A stretch of DNA of 64,000 nucleotides from an uncultured Chitinophaga sp. GTDB lineage: Bacteria > Bacteroidota > Bacteroidia > Chitinophagales > LD1. The DNA is taken from positions 86,175 to 150,174 of the forward strand of contig CAYREY010000001.1 in the NCBI GenBank assembly GCA_964423405.1, in the 5' to 3' direction. Position numbers and translations under genes: made by a program. Shown piece by piece: positions 53,945 to 62,862 of the stretch. The notes under the pieces are model-generated. The model made no database searches, had not been told where the DNA came from, and worked only from the letters and a program-made list of their open reading frames with translations. Positions within the stretch are counted from its first letter, which is position 1, and the number at the start of each line of letters is the position of its first letter.

Positions 53945-54919
53945 TTACCCGCCAAACAGGCTGCCGAAAAGATCGAGCTGCTGCATTTCGGGTTCTTTTT
54001 TCTTTTTGGCTGTTTTCCCCTGTGTGGTTTCGGTTACCTCGTTACCATCCTGGCGGCTGGCAACAATATGCACGGTATAGCCAGTAACTACTACCTCGCC
54101 AAACTCGTTCATTTTACGGGCTTTCTCCAGTTGGCATTTAATACGGGTGCCGTGTTTAAAAGCTACCCCATTTTTAACTACCTCGGCCTTAAAAGCCTCG
54201 TCTTTCATGGCAAAGCTGATGGTTTTCTGCTCCTGTACGTATATACCTTTCCACTTGTAATTTCCCTCGGTTAGCACCGGCGATACTACATCTATTTCTG
54301 CCTCTTCGTCGGTTTCGGGTTTCAGTACATCGGCCTTTAAAATAAAGGTATTAAACAGGGTACTTTCTACCGTTGCCGGCGGGCCCAGGGCATGGCCTTC
54401 TTCGCCATCAAACAGTTGTACCGATACTTTTACCACTTTATCGTACCCGGCCAGCTGCTTATAAAAATTAGATTTCAGCTTGTTTATTTTCAGGTTGTGC
54501 TCAAAAATATGGAGCACGTTTTCCATATCCACCTCGGCGTTTTCATCGCGCTCGGCCTGGCGAAGCTCGCGGCGCAGGGTATCTATACGTTCTTTGGTTT
54601 CGTCCTTGTCTTCTTCATTTACTGTTTTATCCAGGTCAATCTCCAGCGGCAGCATATCGTAAAACAGGCCGGCTGCAAAGTTCTGGTAGTAGGGGCTACG
54701 GCCTTTCAGCACAAAGCGTTCGGATAAACCACCCTTGCGGTTAGGGTATGGCTCTGTTTCTACCTGTAAACGAGCATTGAGGATAGATGAAATTTCTTTA
54801 AACATGGCCAGCAGACTGCTCTCGCACTTATTGCGTATCTGCGCATTCATGCTGTGCGACTCATCTGAAAAGTAATAGTGTATTTCTACCTTACCTGCTA
54901 TTTGCTGCTCTGCTGCCAT
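53945..54919 (-). CDS. Uncharacterised acidic cytoplasmic protein ending in a beta-clamp-binding-like motif
   Basis: 324-aa ORF with normal codon style; central charged helix; C-terminus KKKKEPEMQQLDLFGSLFGG. Confidence 0.8.
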   Translation of the reverse strand: MAAEQQIAGKVEIHYYFSDESHSMNAQIRNKCESSLLAMFKEISSILNARLQVETEPYPNRKGGLSERFVLKGRSPYYQNFAAGLFYDMLPLEIDLDKTVNEEDKDETKERIDTLRRELRQAERDENAEVDMENVLHIFEHNLKINKLKSNFYKQLAGYDKVVKVSVQLFDGEEGHALGPPATVESTLFNTFILKADVLKPETDEEAEIDVVSPVLTEGNYKWKGIYVQEQKTISFAMKDEAFKAEVVKNGVAFKHGTRIKCQLEKARKMNEFGEVVVTGYTVHIVASRQDGNEVTETTQGKTAKKKKEPEMQQLDLFGSLFGG

Positions 54920-55013
54920 ATTGTTTTAAAAACTAAAGGGGCACGAATGTAATTTTTTACCCTCAAGGTGCAAAGCACTTTTAATATAGCTTAATAAATA
55001 ACCCGCTGTGGCG

Positions 55014-56126
55014 CTAAAACAATTTAAGCTGTGGCTTATGGTTACCCTGCTCCAGAATAATAGCATTGCGGGTTTCTTCATAAAGGCTGTAGTTGCGTGC
55101 AGGCCATTGGCGGCCCTGTAAGTATTTTTGTCTGGCCAATGCAAACTGTGCGCGTATCAGCTCGGCAAATTTACCCTCGCCGCGCATGCGGCGACCATAC
55201 TGGCTATCGTTCAGTTTACCGCCATGCATGGTTTTTATCTGGTTAATTACTTTGTTGGCCCGGTCGGGAAAATTACGCCGCACCCAATCTTCGAATATAG
55301 TGCCGTTGTGGCCATTAAGCCTTACCACAATGTAGCTTACACTCAGCGCACCGGCATCGGCCACAGCCTGCACGGTACTAAAAATACCTTCATCGTTCAG
55401 GGCAGGTATTATGGGGGCTACATTAACATTAACCGGCACCCCTGCCGCAGTAAGGCGCTTAACAGTACGCAACACACTGTGCGCCGAAGAAGTACGTGGT
55501 TCCATTACCCGCTTTAGTTTTTCATCCAGTGTGGTTAAACTCATGGTAACCGATACCAATTGCAGGCTTGCCAGTTGTGCCAGTATATCCAGGTCGCGCT
55601 CTATCAGGCTGTTTTTGGTAATAATACCCACGGGGTGCTTAAACTTATAAAACACCTCCAGCAATTTACGGGTAATACCCAACCTGCGTTCGGCGGGCTG
55701 GTAACAATCTGTATTGCCCGATAGCATAATGCCATCAGCTTTCCATTTGCGGCTTAGCAATGCATCATTTAACAACTGCGGGGCATTGCGCTTTACCAGT
55801 ATATTCTGCTCAAATTCGGCACCAGCACTGTACCCCCAGTACTCGTGTGTGCCACGTGCATAGCAGTAAATACAGCCATGTTCGCAGCCCTGGTAGGGGT
55901 TCATGCTCCAGGTAAGGCCCAAGTCGGGGCTATCTACCTTATTAAGTATAGTTTTGGGGGCAACATCAATGTATTTTGTTTTAGGGTTTTCTGTCAGCAG
56001 TTCTTCCCTCTCCTGCTGGGTAGCCAGGTCATCGACATATAGCTGCTTATCGCTGTTTTTAAGAAACCTGTTGGCCGGGTTAAGCTGCGAACCGCGACCC
56101 TTTATATACGTATTTTCATGTTTCAT
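55014..56126 (-). CDS. PA0069/Rv2578c-family radical SAM protein (SplB-like, putative DNA repair)
   Basis: KGRG..NP.NRF start, SMNPYQGCEHGCIYCYAR (CxxxCxxC), SGNTDCYQP.E, MEPRTS, APIIPALND; ends PQLKLF; start moved to ATG 56126. Confidence 0.93.
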   Translation of the reverse strand: MKHENTYIKGRGSQLNPANRFLKNSDKQLYVDDLATQQEREELLTENPKTKYIDVAPKTILNKVDSPDLGLTWSMNPYQGCEHGCIYCYARGTHEYWGYSAGAEFEQNILVKRNAPQLLNDALLSRKWKADGIMLSGNTDCYQPAERRLGITRKLLEVFYKFKHPVGIITKNSLIERDLDILAQLASLQLVSVTMSLTTLDEKLKRVMEPRTSSAHSVLRTVKRLTAAGVPVNVNVAPIIPALNDEGIFSTVQAVADAGALSVSYIVVRLNGHNGTIFEDWVRRNFPDRANKVINQIKTMHGGKLNDSQYGRRMRGEGKFAELIRAQFALARQKYLQGRQWPARNYSLYEETRNAIILEQGNHKPQLKLF

Positions 56127-56140
56127 AGCCAACAATAATA

Positions 56141-56153
56141 CTAATATTATTAG
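56141..56153. promoter_or_regulatory. CTAA-N5-TTAG palindrome, candidate Bacteroidota SOS (non-canonical LexA) box
   Basis: CTAA-TATTA-TTAG 15-27 bp upstream of the radical SAM ATG; matches the motif as I recall it for Bacteroidota SOS repressors. Confidence 0.65.
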
Positions 56154-56224
56154 CTTTTATTTTAGCAAAATTCAATAATTATATAAACAATAGCTTGTTT
56201 TTAGAATCGCAGAAAGTTACCAAC

Positions 56225-56257
56225 AAAAATACCCCGGCGATAAACACCACCGGGGTA
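56225..56257 (-). terminator. Intrinsic terminator for the small lipoprotein gene
   Basis: A-run then TACCCCGG-N12-CCGGGGTA; separates the lipoprotein gene from the radical SAM promoter. Confidence 0.65.
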
Positions 56258-56318
56258 CTACTATAGGATAGAACATCCGGCCAGGCCAGATGCCATTAAT
56301 AAATGATAGAGGCCATAC

Positions 56319-56519
56319 CTACTTCGCTGTACACTCGTAACCACGCTCTTCGTAAGCATCAATGGTCATTTGCAGACCTTCGGATTTATCCGGAAAATCT
56401 TTTGAGCAGAACTCGCGCACATCGTCGTTACCAAAATCGCAGGTATAGCATTTACTGCATGATGAAGCAGAAAAAGAAAGTAATGTTGCTACAAATAAAA
56501 AGAGTGAAAAACGTTTCAT
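56319..56519 (-). CDS. Small Cys-rich lipoprotein (paralog of 29782-29982)
   Basis: Lipobox ASSC; C-x2-C-x2-C-x10-C-x24-C ending GYEC. Confidence 0.8.
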   Translation of the reverse strand: MKRFSLFLFVATLLSFSASSCSKCYTCDFGNDDVREFCSKDFPDKSEGLQMTIDAYEERGYECTAK

Positions 56520-56578
56520 GTTTAGAATTTAAGACGAACAAATTTGAAAGAAAGAATTGTATTTCCAAAATTTGCGTC

Positions 56579-58423
56579 ATGACATACCTTTATAAACCGT
56601 TTGCTACGGTTATAATGCTTTGCATACTACTTGCAGGCAAAGCACAAGATGCCCCCATAGAAAAAAAGCTGGACAACCAGGTACACTTATCAAAAAACCT
56701 TAACGGCATGAATGTGCTGGCACAGGTAAACAGCAACTATAACAATGTAGAGGTTATCCTGTATGTAAAAACCGGACCGGTTTACGAAAACGATTCATTT
56801 AGCGGTATATCGTACATTACCCAAAGTCTGCTGGCAGAAAAACTTGCTACATACCTTCGGAAGGGTAAACCTGGCTTATCTTTTCAAAATACATCCCTCA
56901 GTTCATACATAACCACCGAACTGAGTATTTTTCAGTTAACCACCTCTCCGGTAAGCTACCCGCAGGCACTACAACTACTACACGACTCGGTACTCGCAAC
57001 TCAAATTTATGAAAGTGACCTGAAACAAACCCTTGAAACGGTTAGAAAAGAGATAAGCGATGGTAAAAGTAATTACAAATCTATATATGAGACAAAAATG
57101 CTTACCAAACTATTTCGTAAAGATGCAGGCAGGCAAATACTGGTGGGTGATACCTCTGGCCTATACAAAAGAATAGATATTGACCAGGTAAAAAGATATT
57201 ACACCCGCTACTATGTACCGAATAACTGTATTATCAACGGATATGGCAACTTTAACTTGTTCCAGTTTCAGGACCGTGTAACAGCTACCTTTAAAGATCT
57301 GGTAAAATCTAAGTTTGACCCGGAAACAATAGTTAAGATTATTGATTTTAAGGGTATGGTATACAGCACTCAATATACAGTTAATGCCCCTGTAGAGCAG
57401 CCACAAATTGAAATTATATGGCAGTTTCCGGGCACGCGTAGTAATGTAAAAAGCAGCTACCACGCCTTTTTACTTAGTGCCATGCTTAACGATCCCAATA
57501 ATTACATACAAGTAAAAGCACGCAAACTAGGGTGCCGTAAACTTACTGCAACATATGATGCCCGTAACTTTAGCGGCATTTTTAAAATAAGCATGCTGCC
57601 CGACAAAAACCGCCTGTATGAGACCTACCAAATGGTACTTAAAGAAATGCAACGAATAGACGAAACCCTGGTAAATGAAAGTATGATGAAAGTGGGGATG
57701 TTGAATTTTCAGAAAGAGTACAACAACATAAAGGCCAGTAAAGATTATATACAGTGGCTAACCAAATATTATGTATACAACGATGAAACATATTTCCCTG
57801 CGCTGAAAGACAGCGTATTTTTACTGGGTGAACGCCGTATGCGTAAATTTGTAATTGAGTATATTAAACAAAGCCCGCACATAACTGCGCTGATGATTAA
57901 CGAAAGTGACAGGGTTATATTAAAGATAGACTCGCTGATGCCCGAACTAGATATTGATGTAAACAATTATATATTTACCTACCGGCCTAATATAGCCGAC
58001 CTTGAGGGCCCTGAAAACCTGCACAAATTAAATAATCTACTGCAATGGCTTACCATAAACCCCGATATGGTAGTACAGGTAAACGGTTTTGCCGACAAGG
58101 GTGAGTTTGGCAAAGCAAAAGATGATAGTATTAAATTATTTATTGACTCGATACCTACCTTTAAAAAGGTGCGGGAAGAATGGATTAAAACCGGATCGAT
58201 ACGAATAGAGATGATGCGGGCCATGAAAATTATTAAATACCTGAGCGACCATGGCATAGAAATGGAAAGGCTGAAAGGTACCAGTATGCCGTTCAGTTCT
58301 AAAAACAAAGAAGAAGAGCTGGCTAATATGAAATGTACCCTCACTATTGAGAAAATTCGTAAATCGCCATCGGTTTACGAATACCATTACGGAAAGAAAA
58401 AAGAAAACGAACAACATGAATAG
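56579..58423 (+). CDS. Secreted M16 (insulinase)-fold protein lacking HxxEH, fused to a C-terminal OmpA-like domain
   Basis: LNGMNVL..LYVKTGPVYE..GISYITQSLL, YYTRYYVPNNCIINGYGNF (M16 fold); NPDMVVQVNGFADKGE..RAMKIIKYLSDHGIEMERL (OmpA-like); start moved to ATG 56579. Confidence 0.78.
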   Translation: MTYLYKPFATVIMLCILLAGKAQDAPIEKKLDNQVHLSKNLNGMNVLAQVNSNYNNVEVILYVKTGPVYENDSFSGISYITQSLLAEKLATYLRKGKPGLSFQNTSLSSYITTELSIFQLTTSPVSYPQALQLLHDSVLATQIYESDLKQTLETVRKEISDGKSNYKSIYETKMLTKLFRKDAGRQILVGDTSGLYKRIDIDQVKRYYTRYYVPNNCIINGYGNFNLFQFQDRVTATFKDLVKSKFDPETIVKIIDFKGMVYSTQYTVNAPVEQPQIEIIWQFPGTRSNVKSSYHAFLLSAMLNDPNNYIQVKARKLGCRKLTATYDARNFSGIFKISMLPDKNRLYETYQMVLKEMQRIDETLVNESMMKVGMLNFQKEYNNIKASKDYIQWLTKYYVYNDETYFPALKDSVFLLGERRMRKFVIEYIKQSPHITALMINESDRVILKIDSLMPELDIDVNNYIFTYRPNIADLEGPENLHKLNNLLQWLTINPDMVVQVNGFADKGEFGKAKDDSIKLFIDSIPTFKKVREEWIKTGSIRIEMMRAMKIIKYLSDHGIEMERLKGTSMPFSSKNKEEELANMKCTLTIEKIRKSPSVYEYHYGKKKENEQHE

Positions 58424-58940
58424 CAAAACACCTAAGGACTCGACGATAATAATGACCGAAATAGTGTTACCCAACGATACCAATGCACTGGGTAACCTTA
58501 GGGGAGGTAAAATACTGCACTGGATGGATATAGCCAGTGCCATAGCGGCCGGTAAACACTCTAATGCGGTGGTGGTAACCGCATCGGTAGATAATGTATC
58601 GTTTGAAAACCCTATAAAGCTAGGCGATGTAGTAACTATAACTGCCAAAGTTACGCGTGTGTTTAACACCAGTATGGAAACACACATAGAGGTATGGGCC
58701 GAAAACCTGCCTTCGCAAACACGCTATAAGTGTAACGAGGCATACTACACCTTTGTAGCACTTGACAGCAATGGCAAGCCCAAAAAATCGATAGCACTGG
58801 TACCGGAAACAGAAGCTGAAAAGAAAATGTATGATACAGCACTGGCGCGCCGCGAACTGCGCCTGGTACTGGCTGGCCGCCTTAAAATGAACGACAGTAA
58901 AGAGCTGAAAAAACTATTTACCGAAACAAGCACAGGTTAA
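58416..58940 (+). CDS. Acyl-CoA thioesterase (hotdog, YciA-like)
   Basis: IVLPNDTNALGNLRGG, VVVTASVDNVSF, YTFVALD; overlaps upstream stop by 8 bp. Confidence 0.92.
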   Translation: MNSKTPKDSTIIMTEIVLPNDTNALGNLRGGKILHWMDIASAIAAGKHSNAVVVTASVDNVSFENPIKLGDVVTITAKVTRVFNTSMETHIEVWAENLPSQTRYKCNEAYYTFVALDSNGKPKKSIALVPETEAEKKMYDTALARRELRLVLAGRLKMNDSKELKKLFTETSTG

Positions 58941-58951
58941 ACCTGCCGGCT

Positions 58952-59512
58952 TTACTCCGGTTCTTCTATTTTGCCCTCAAAATCAGCTTCGTAATCAGGA
59001 TAATTTTCTGCTTTGTAAGCATCAGTTGCATAATAGTACAGCACTGGCTCTAAAAAATAGGCCTGCTGGTAGCCATTACGGGTACTAAGCACCTGCCCAT
59101 TTTCGGCAATGAATGTAATTGCCGGGTACGAGAGTTTACCGTTTAATATGTAGCGGGCAAAATCGTGTGCCAGGCGGTTCTCATCCTGGATATATTCATA
59201 CCGGATACCCTTGTAAGTAACAGGTTCTTTACTTTCGGCATTAAACTTAACCGGGTAGTAGTTATCGTTAATATACGCAGCTATTTCGGGGTTGTGGTAA
59301 GTTAGCGAGTCCTGCAATTTGCACCAGCGGCACCATTTGGCGTATACGTGCAGCAGTATTTTCTTTGGGTTTGTTTTCTGTGCAGCTTCAGCTTCCTCTA
59401 TAGTCATCCATTTAATAGCAGGCACTGGCCTGACAGTGGCTTGTGGGTTATTATCCTGTGCATTTAAAAAGCACACGGCCAGTAGAAAAAGTATAGTGGG
59501 GGTAACTTTCAC
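58952..59512 (-). CDS. DUF255/thioredoxin-family periplasmic protein
   Basis: KKILLHVYAKWCRWCK, YYPVKFNAE, LSYPAITF; GTG start with signal peptide. Confidence 0.9.
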   Translation of the reverse strand: MKVTPTILFLLAVCFLNAQDNNPQATVRPVPAIKWMTIEEAEAAQKTNPKKILLHVYAKWCRWCKLQDSLTYHNPEIAAYINDNYYPVKFNAESKEPVTYKGIRYEYIQDENRLAHDFARYILNGKLSYPAITFIAENGQVLSTRNGYQQAYFLEPVLYYYATDAYKAENYPDYEADFEGKIEEPE

Positions 59513-59660
59513 TTAGCTGAGTTTTAGTTATACCAATATAGCTAAAAAACACCGGCTATTGCAAATAATGTGTGCTAATAAAAACAGGGTTAAAACTGTT
59601 ACCCCCACCGCTGAGCAACATCATTTTGCCAACAATGCACTAAAACGCTTTATTTACAAT

Positions 59661-60725
59661 ATGAAACCAATGCCTACCAGGTATACCATTGTATTGGCCC
59701 TTATACTGCTTTTTACCACCCAGTGCAAAAAAGACAAGGATAAGAACAATAACAACAACCAATACACTACACTTGAAAACACTTATGGCTATGGAGTGTT
59801 AAACAAGATAAAAGGTATATGGAGCGGACCGGTAAGTTCTACCACCATGCTGGGCAGCTATCCGCTATGGATTGTTGATTTCAGGCCGGTGGCCGAAAAC
59901 CAGATTTCGGCGAAAAATGAACTGGACCCGATGAACGATATACACATGTCGTTTTTTATAACCAAATACAAAGGTGAGTACCGGGTAGCTTTCCGTAACG
60001 GTGGTGCTTTTGCCGGCATGACCCGCGTATCGTACTTTGTGGCCGATAGCGTGGCAGAAACAACAGATTACAGTTACTACCGGTTTGCCGAGGCGGTGAA
60101 AGGAATTAGCCGCGCCTACACCGAAGTGCTTTTTCGCAACGATAGCGTGCTACTTAGTTCGTACACCAATAAGTACAATACCCAAAGCGGGGCCACCCTG
60201 CATATGCGCTGGAGCGCCGGCCTGCTGGATACCACCAGTTGCCAGGCGGCTGTAGCGCATTTTGGGTTTCCGAAAAAAACACTTGCAAAAGATTTTTCTA
60301 CGGCATTTGACGGGCGCGAAGAAGCAATTTACTATTCGGCCACCGGTGGCGGCGACCCTTACCCGGAGGCAGACCAACCTTACCTGGGCAAGGCCAACAT
60401 TACCTACACCTATGCCGGTGTAACACCTGCAGCTGGCAAAAAAACATTTTTGATTATTACCACACAGCCGCTTATAAACGGTTTTAGCCTTAACTATGCC
60501 AACCTGCGTTTCAGGTCGCGGTATGTAATGCTGGATGCCACCGATACAGATTTTACCTTTAACTATATGCACCCCGGCACTTACTACCTGTATGCACTTT
60601 ATGATACGGATGGCAATCAGAATTTCAGCAGTGGCGATTATGTAAGTACCACTAATGCTACCTTTACACTACCCGAAAAAGGGAATGTAAATGCCGCAAC
60701 ACAGATTAACTTTATGATACCATAG
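59661..60725 (+). CDS. Lipoprotein of unknown function, two-domain
   Basis: Lipobox TTQC followed by KKDKDK; C-terminal PGTYYLYALYDTDGNQNF resembles DUF2141-type beta-sandwich; start moved to ATG 59661. Confidence 0.75.
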   Translation: MKPMPTRYTIVLALILLFTTQCKKDKDKNNNNNQYTTLENTYGYGVLNKIKGIWSGPVSSTTMLGSYPLWIVDFRPVAENQISAKNELDPMNDIHMSFFITKYKGEYRVAFRNGGAFAGMTRVSYFVADSVAETTDYSYYRFAEAVKGISRAYTEVLFRNDSVLLSSYTNKYNTQSGATLHMRWSAGLLDTTSCQAAVAHFGFPKKTLAKDFSTAFDGREEAIYYSATGGGDPYPEADQPYLGKANITYTYAGVTPAAGKKTFLIITTQPLINGFSLNYANLRFRSRYVMLDATDTDFTFNYMHPGTYYLYALYDTDGNQNFSSGDYVSTTNATFTLPEKGNVNAATQINFMIP

Positions 60726-60762
60726 CTACAATAAGTATTATTATGTAAACGTGTTACATAGT

Positions 60763-61185
60763 ATGATACCACCCTGCCACACCCCACCACCAGATAAACA
60801 GGATTACCTTACCCAATTGGGGCGCAGCCTGGTTAAACGGTACGGTAAAAAGAAATACTATAAACCTAAAGAGGTTAAAAAAGCCAACAAAGATACCGAC
60901 TATAGCAATTACGATTTTGATTGTTGGGGCCTGAGCGTATTTTCATCGCGCGAAGACTTTACTACCTACCACCAAAACACAGGTGAAGATTGCGATTACA
61001 GCGCCATGCGCACCACCATGCTATCGGATATTGCCGGCACTTCATTTGACAGCACCAGCTTTCCGGATATTGACCTGGATACTTCGTGGCTGGATTTTGA
61101 CAATGTGCTGGAAGGTGTAGGCGATTTTTTTAGCCGTATATGGGAGTCGCTACCCGATATGGATTTTGATTTTGATAACGACTAG
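60763..61185 (+). CDS. DUF6559-like protein with acidic C-terminal tail
   Basis: LGRSLVKRYGKKKYYKPKEV pattern; Asp/Phe-rich tail. Confidence 0.55.
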   Translation: MIPPCHTPPPDKQDYLTQLGRSLVKRYGKKKYYKPKEVKKANKDTDYSNYDFDCWGLSVFSSREDFTTYHQNTGEDCDYSAMRTTMLSDIAGTSFDSTSFPDIDLDTSWLDFDNVLEGVGDFFSRIWESLPDMDFDFDND

Positions 61186-61260
61186 CGCATAAGTTAAAAA
61201 GTAACAAATAAACAGCGCATATTGGGGGCGGGTATTAACTATTTGTTCCCTTTACCGCGT

Positions 61261-62100
61261 ATGAAAAAACAGTTGCTAATTGCCATTTGCTACCTGGTGG
61301 TAACCACCACCGTAACAGCCCAGGATGATGCCAGCAAAGCCTTGTGGCCCACCGAAACACCCGCCATAGATGGCCAGATAAACGACTGGCCGACCCCGTT
61401 TAACCTGTATGACGGAGCCACCGGTGCGCTGTTTGCCATTGCCAACGATAGCGCCAACCTATACCTGTGCGTAACCGCTGCCGATAATTATAAAGTGGCC
61501 AAAATGATGCAGTACGGCTGGGAAATTGTGTTAAGCTGTAAGGATAAGAACCGTAAGGTAAATGCCGAAATTGCGTTCCCTACCATGCAACAAACCGAGA
61601 ATAACCCGAACACTGCACCCGGGCTACAACGTAACATAAACGCCCAGGTAAGCCTTTACCGTGCACAGTTTGCCACCGTAAAAGCCAATGGTTTCCGTAC
61701 ACAAAACGGCATACTTAACGTTACCGGCACTACCGGTATTAAAATACAAACCGGTGTAGATAGTGTACAGGGGCTGGTGTATGAAATAGCCATACCGTTG
61801 GCCGAACTGATGGACCCTAAATTTATTACCCTGAACGAACAATTCGTTTTAACACTTAGCGTTATTGGGGTGCAGCTAAAAGCAGTGCCGGCCGATAACA
61901 GTGGCTGGGATAACGGCGGCACCAACATACGGCAAAGTACTACCGGCAGTATGAACCGGATAGACGCTATGAATGGTGTGAACCAAAACCCCAACGACCT
62001 GTCATCGCCGGGTGCCGATGATGGCCGTGTTACCACCCGTGCGGTAACAGACCGCACCACGCTGAAACAAAAATTCAGGTTAGTAGCCGGCAAGCAATAA
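61261..62100 (+). CDS. Secreted protein, CBM9/DOMON-like fold suspected
   Basis: Signal peptide; PAIDGQINDW...ANDSANLYL...YEIAIPL pattern; start moved to ATG 61261. Confidence 0.6.
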   Translation: MKKQLLIAICYLVVTTTVTAQDDASKALWPTETPAIDGQINDWPTPFNLYDGATGALFAIANDSANLYLCVTAADNYKVAKMMQYGWEIVLSCKDKNRKVNAEIAFPTMQQTENNPNTAPGLQRNINAQVSLYRAQFATVKANGFRTQNGILNVTGTTGIKIQTGVDSVQGLVYEIAIPLAELMDPKFITLNEQFVLTLSVIGVQLKAVPADNSGWDNGGTNIRQSTTGSMNRIDAMNGVNQNPNDLSSPGADDGRVTTRAVTDRTTLKQKFRLVAGKQ

Positions 62101-62118
62101 CAAAAAAACGAAGCATTA

Positions 62119-62850
62119 ATGCAGACAAAAAAACTACGGATAACAATTATAGCCGGTGTGCTGGTTAGCCTGCTTACAGCCAGCCAGGGCTGCCAGAAAG
62201 AAGATACAACCTTTTCGGGAGCCAAGGTTGTAAGCGAAACCAACCTGCGGCAGGGCTTTACCGATACTTACACCTACAATGCCAACGGCGATGTTGCACA
62301 GATAAACAACAGTTCGGGCGATGTGGTAGTGTTTACCTACAGCGGCGATACCGTAACCAGGCAAACGCTGTCGCAAGGCACAGTAGTATCGAGTGCTGTA
62401 GTATATCTGCTGGGGGGCGATAAATATACCGACACCTCATACGGCTTGTACCAGGCACAAAACAGCAGCAGCAGCTATGTGTATGATGGCAACGGGCAGC
62501 TAACACGGCAAACCAATTACTCGTACGGTAATGTTACCACCACCAATGCGTACACCCTTACCGCCAAAAATGTTACCACCCTGCTAAGCACCACCGGCGG
62601 CACACAAACCCGCTATGAGTATAGCTATACCACTACCACTAATACAATAGGCGTACAGAATTTTGGTATGGGATTTATGGGGGTAGGCTCGCTGTACCTG
62701 CCGCAAACGCGGGTAAAACTTAACCAGAACGGCGATACACTGGAGGTACTTACCTACCGGTACGGGCTTGACGATAACTCGCAGGTGAAAATTAAAACCA
62801 GCTACAATGCAGCCGGTGCATTGGTAGATTCGATAGCCTACTCCTACTAA
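62119..62850 (+). CDS. Surface lipoprotein with YD-like beta repeats
   Basis: Lipobox SQGC-QKEDT; repeats TYTYNANGDV, YVYDGNGQLT, YRYGLDDN, YNAAGAL. Confidence 0.72.
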   Translation: MQTKKLRITIIAGVLVSLLTASQGCQKEDTTFSGAKVVSETNLRQGFTDTYTYNANGDVAQINNSSGDVVVFTYSGDTVTRQTLSQGTVVSSAVVYLLGGDKYTDTSYGLYQAQNSSSSYVYDGNGQLTRQTNYSYGNVTTTNAYTLTAKNVTTLLSTTGGTQTRYEYSYTTTTNTIGVQNFGMGFMGVGSLYLPQTRVKLNQNGDTLEVLTYRYGLDDNSQVKIKTSYNAAGALVDSIAYSY

Positions 62851-62862
62851 TCAATAAGTAGC

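Noticed and set aside
56303-56578. 92-aa N-terminal extension of the M16-like ORF overlapping the small lipoprotein
   Set aside because: A signal peptide begins at ATG 56579; the extension is the antisense of a convincing lipoprotein gene
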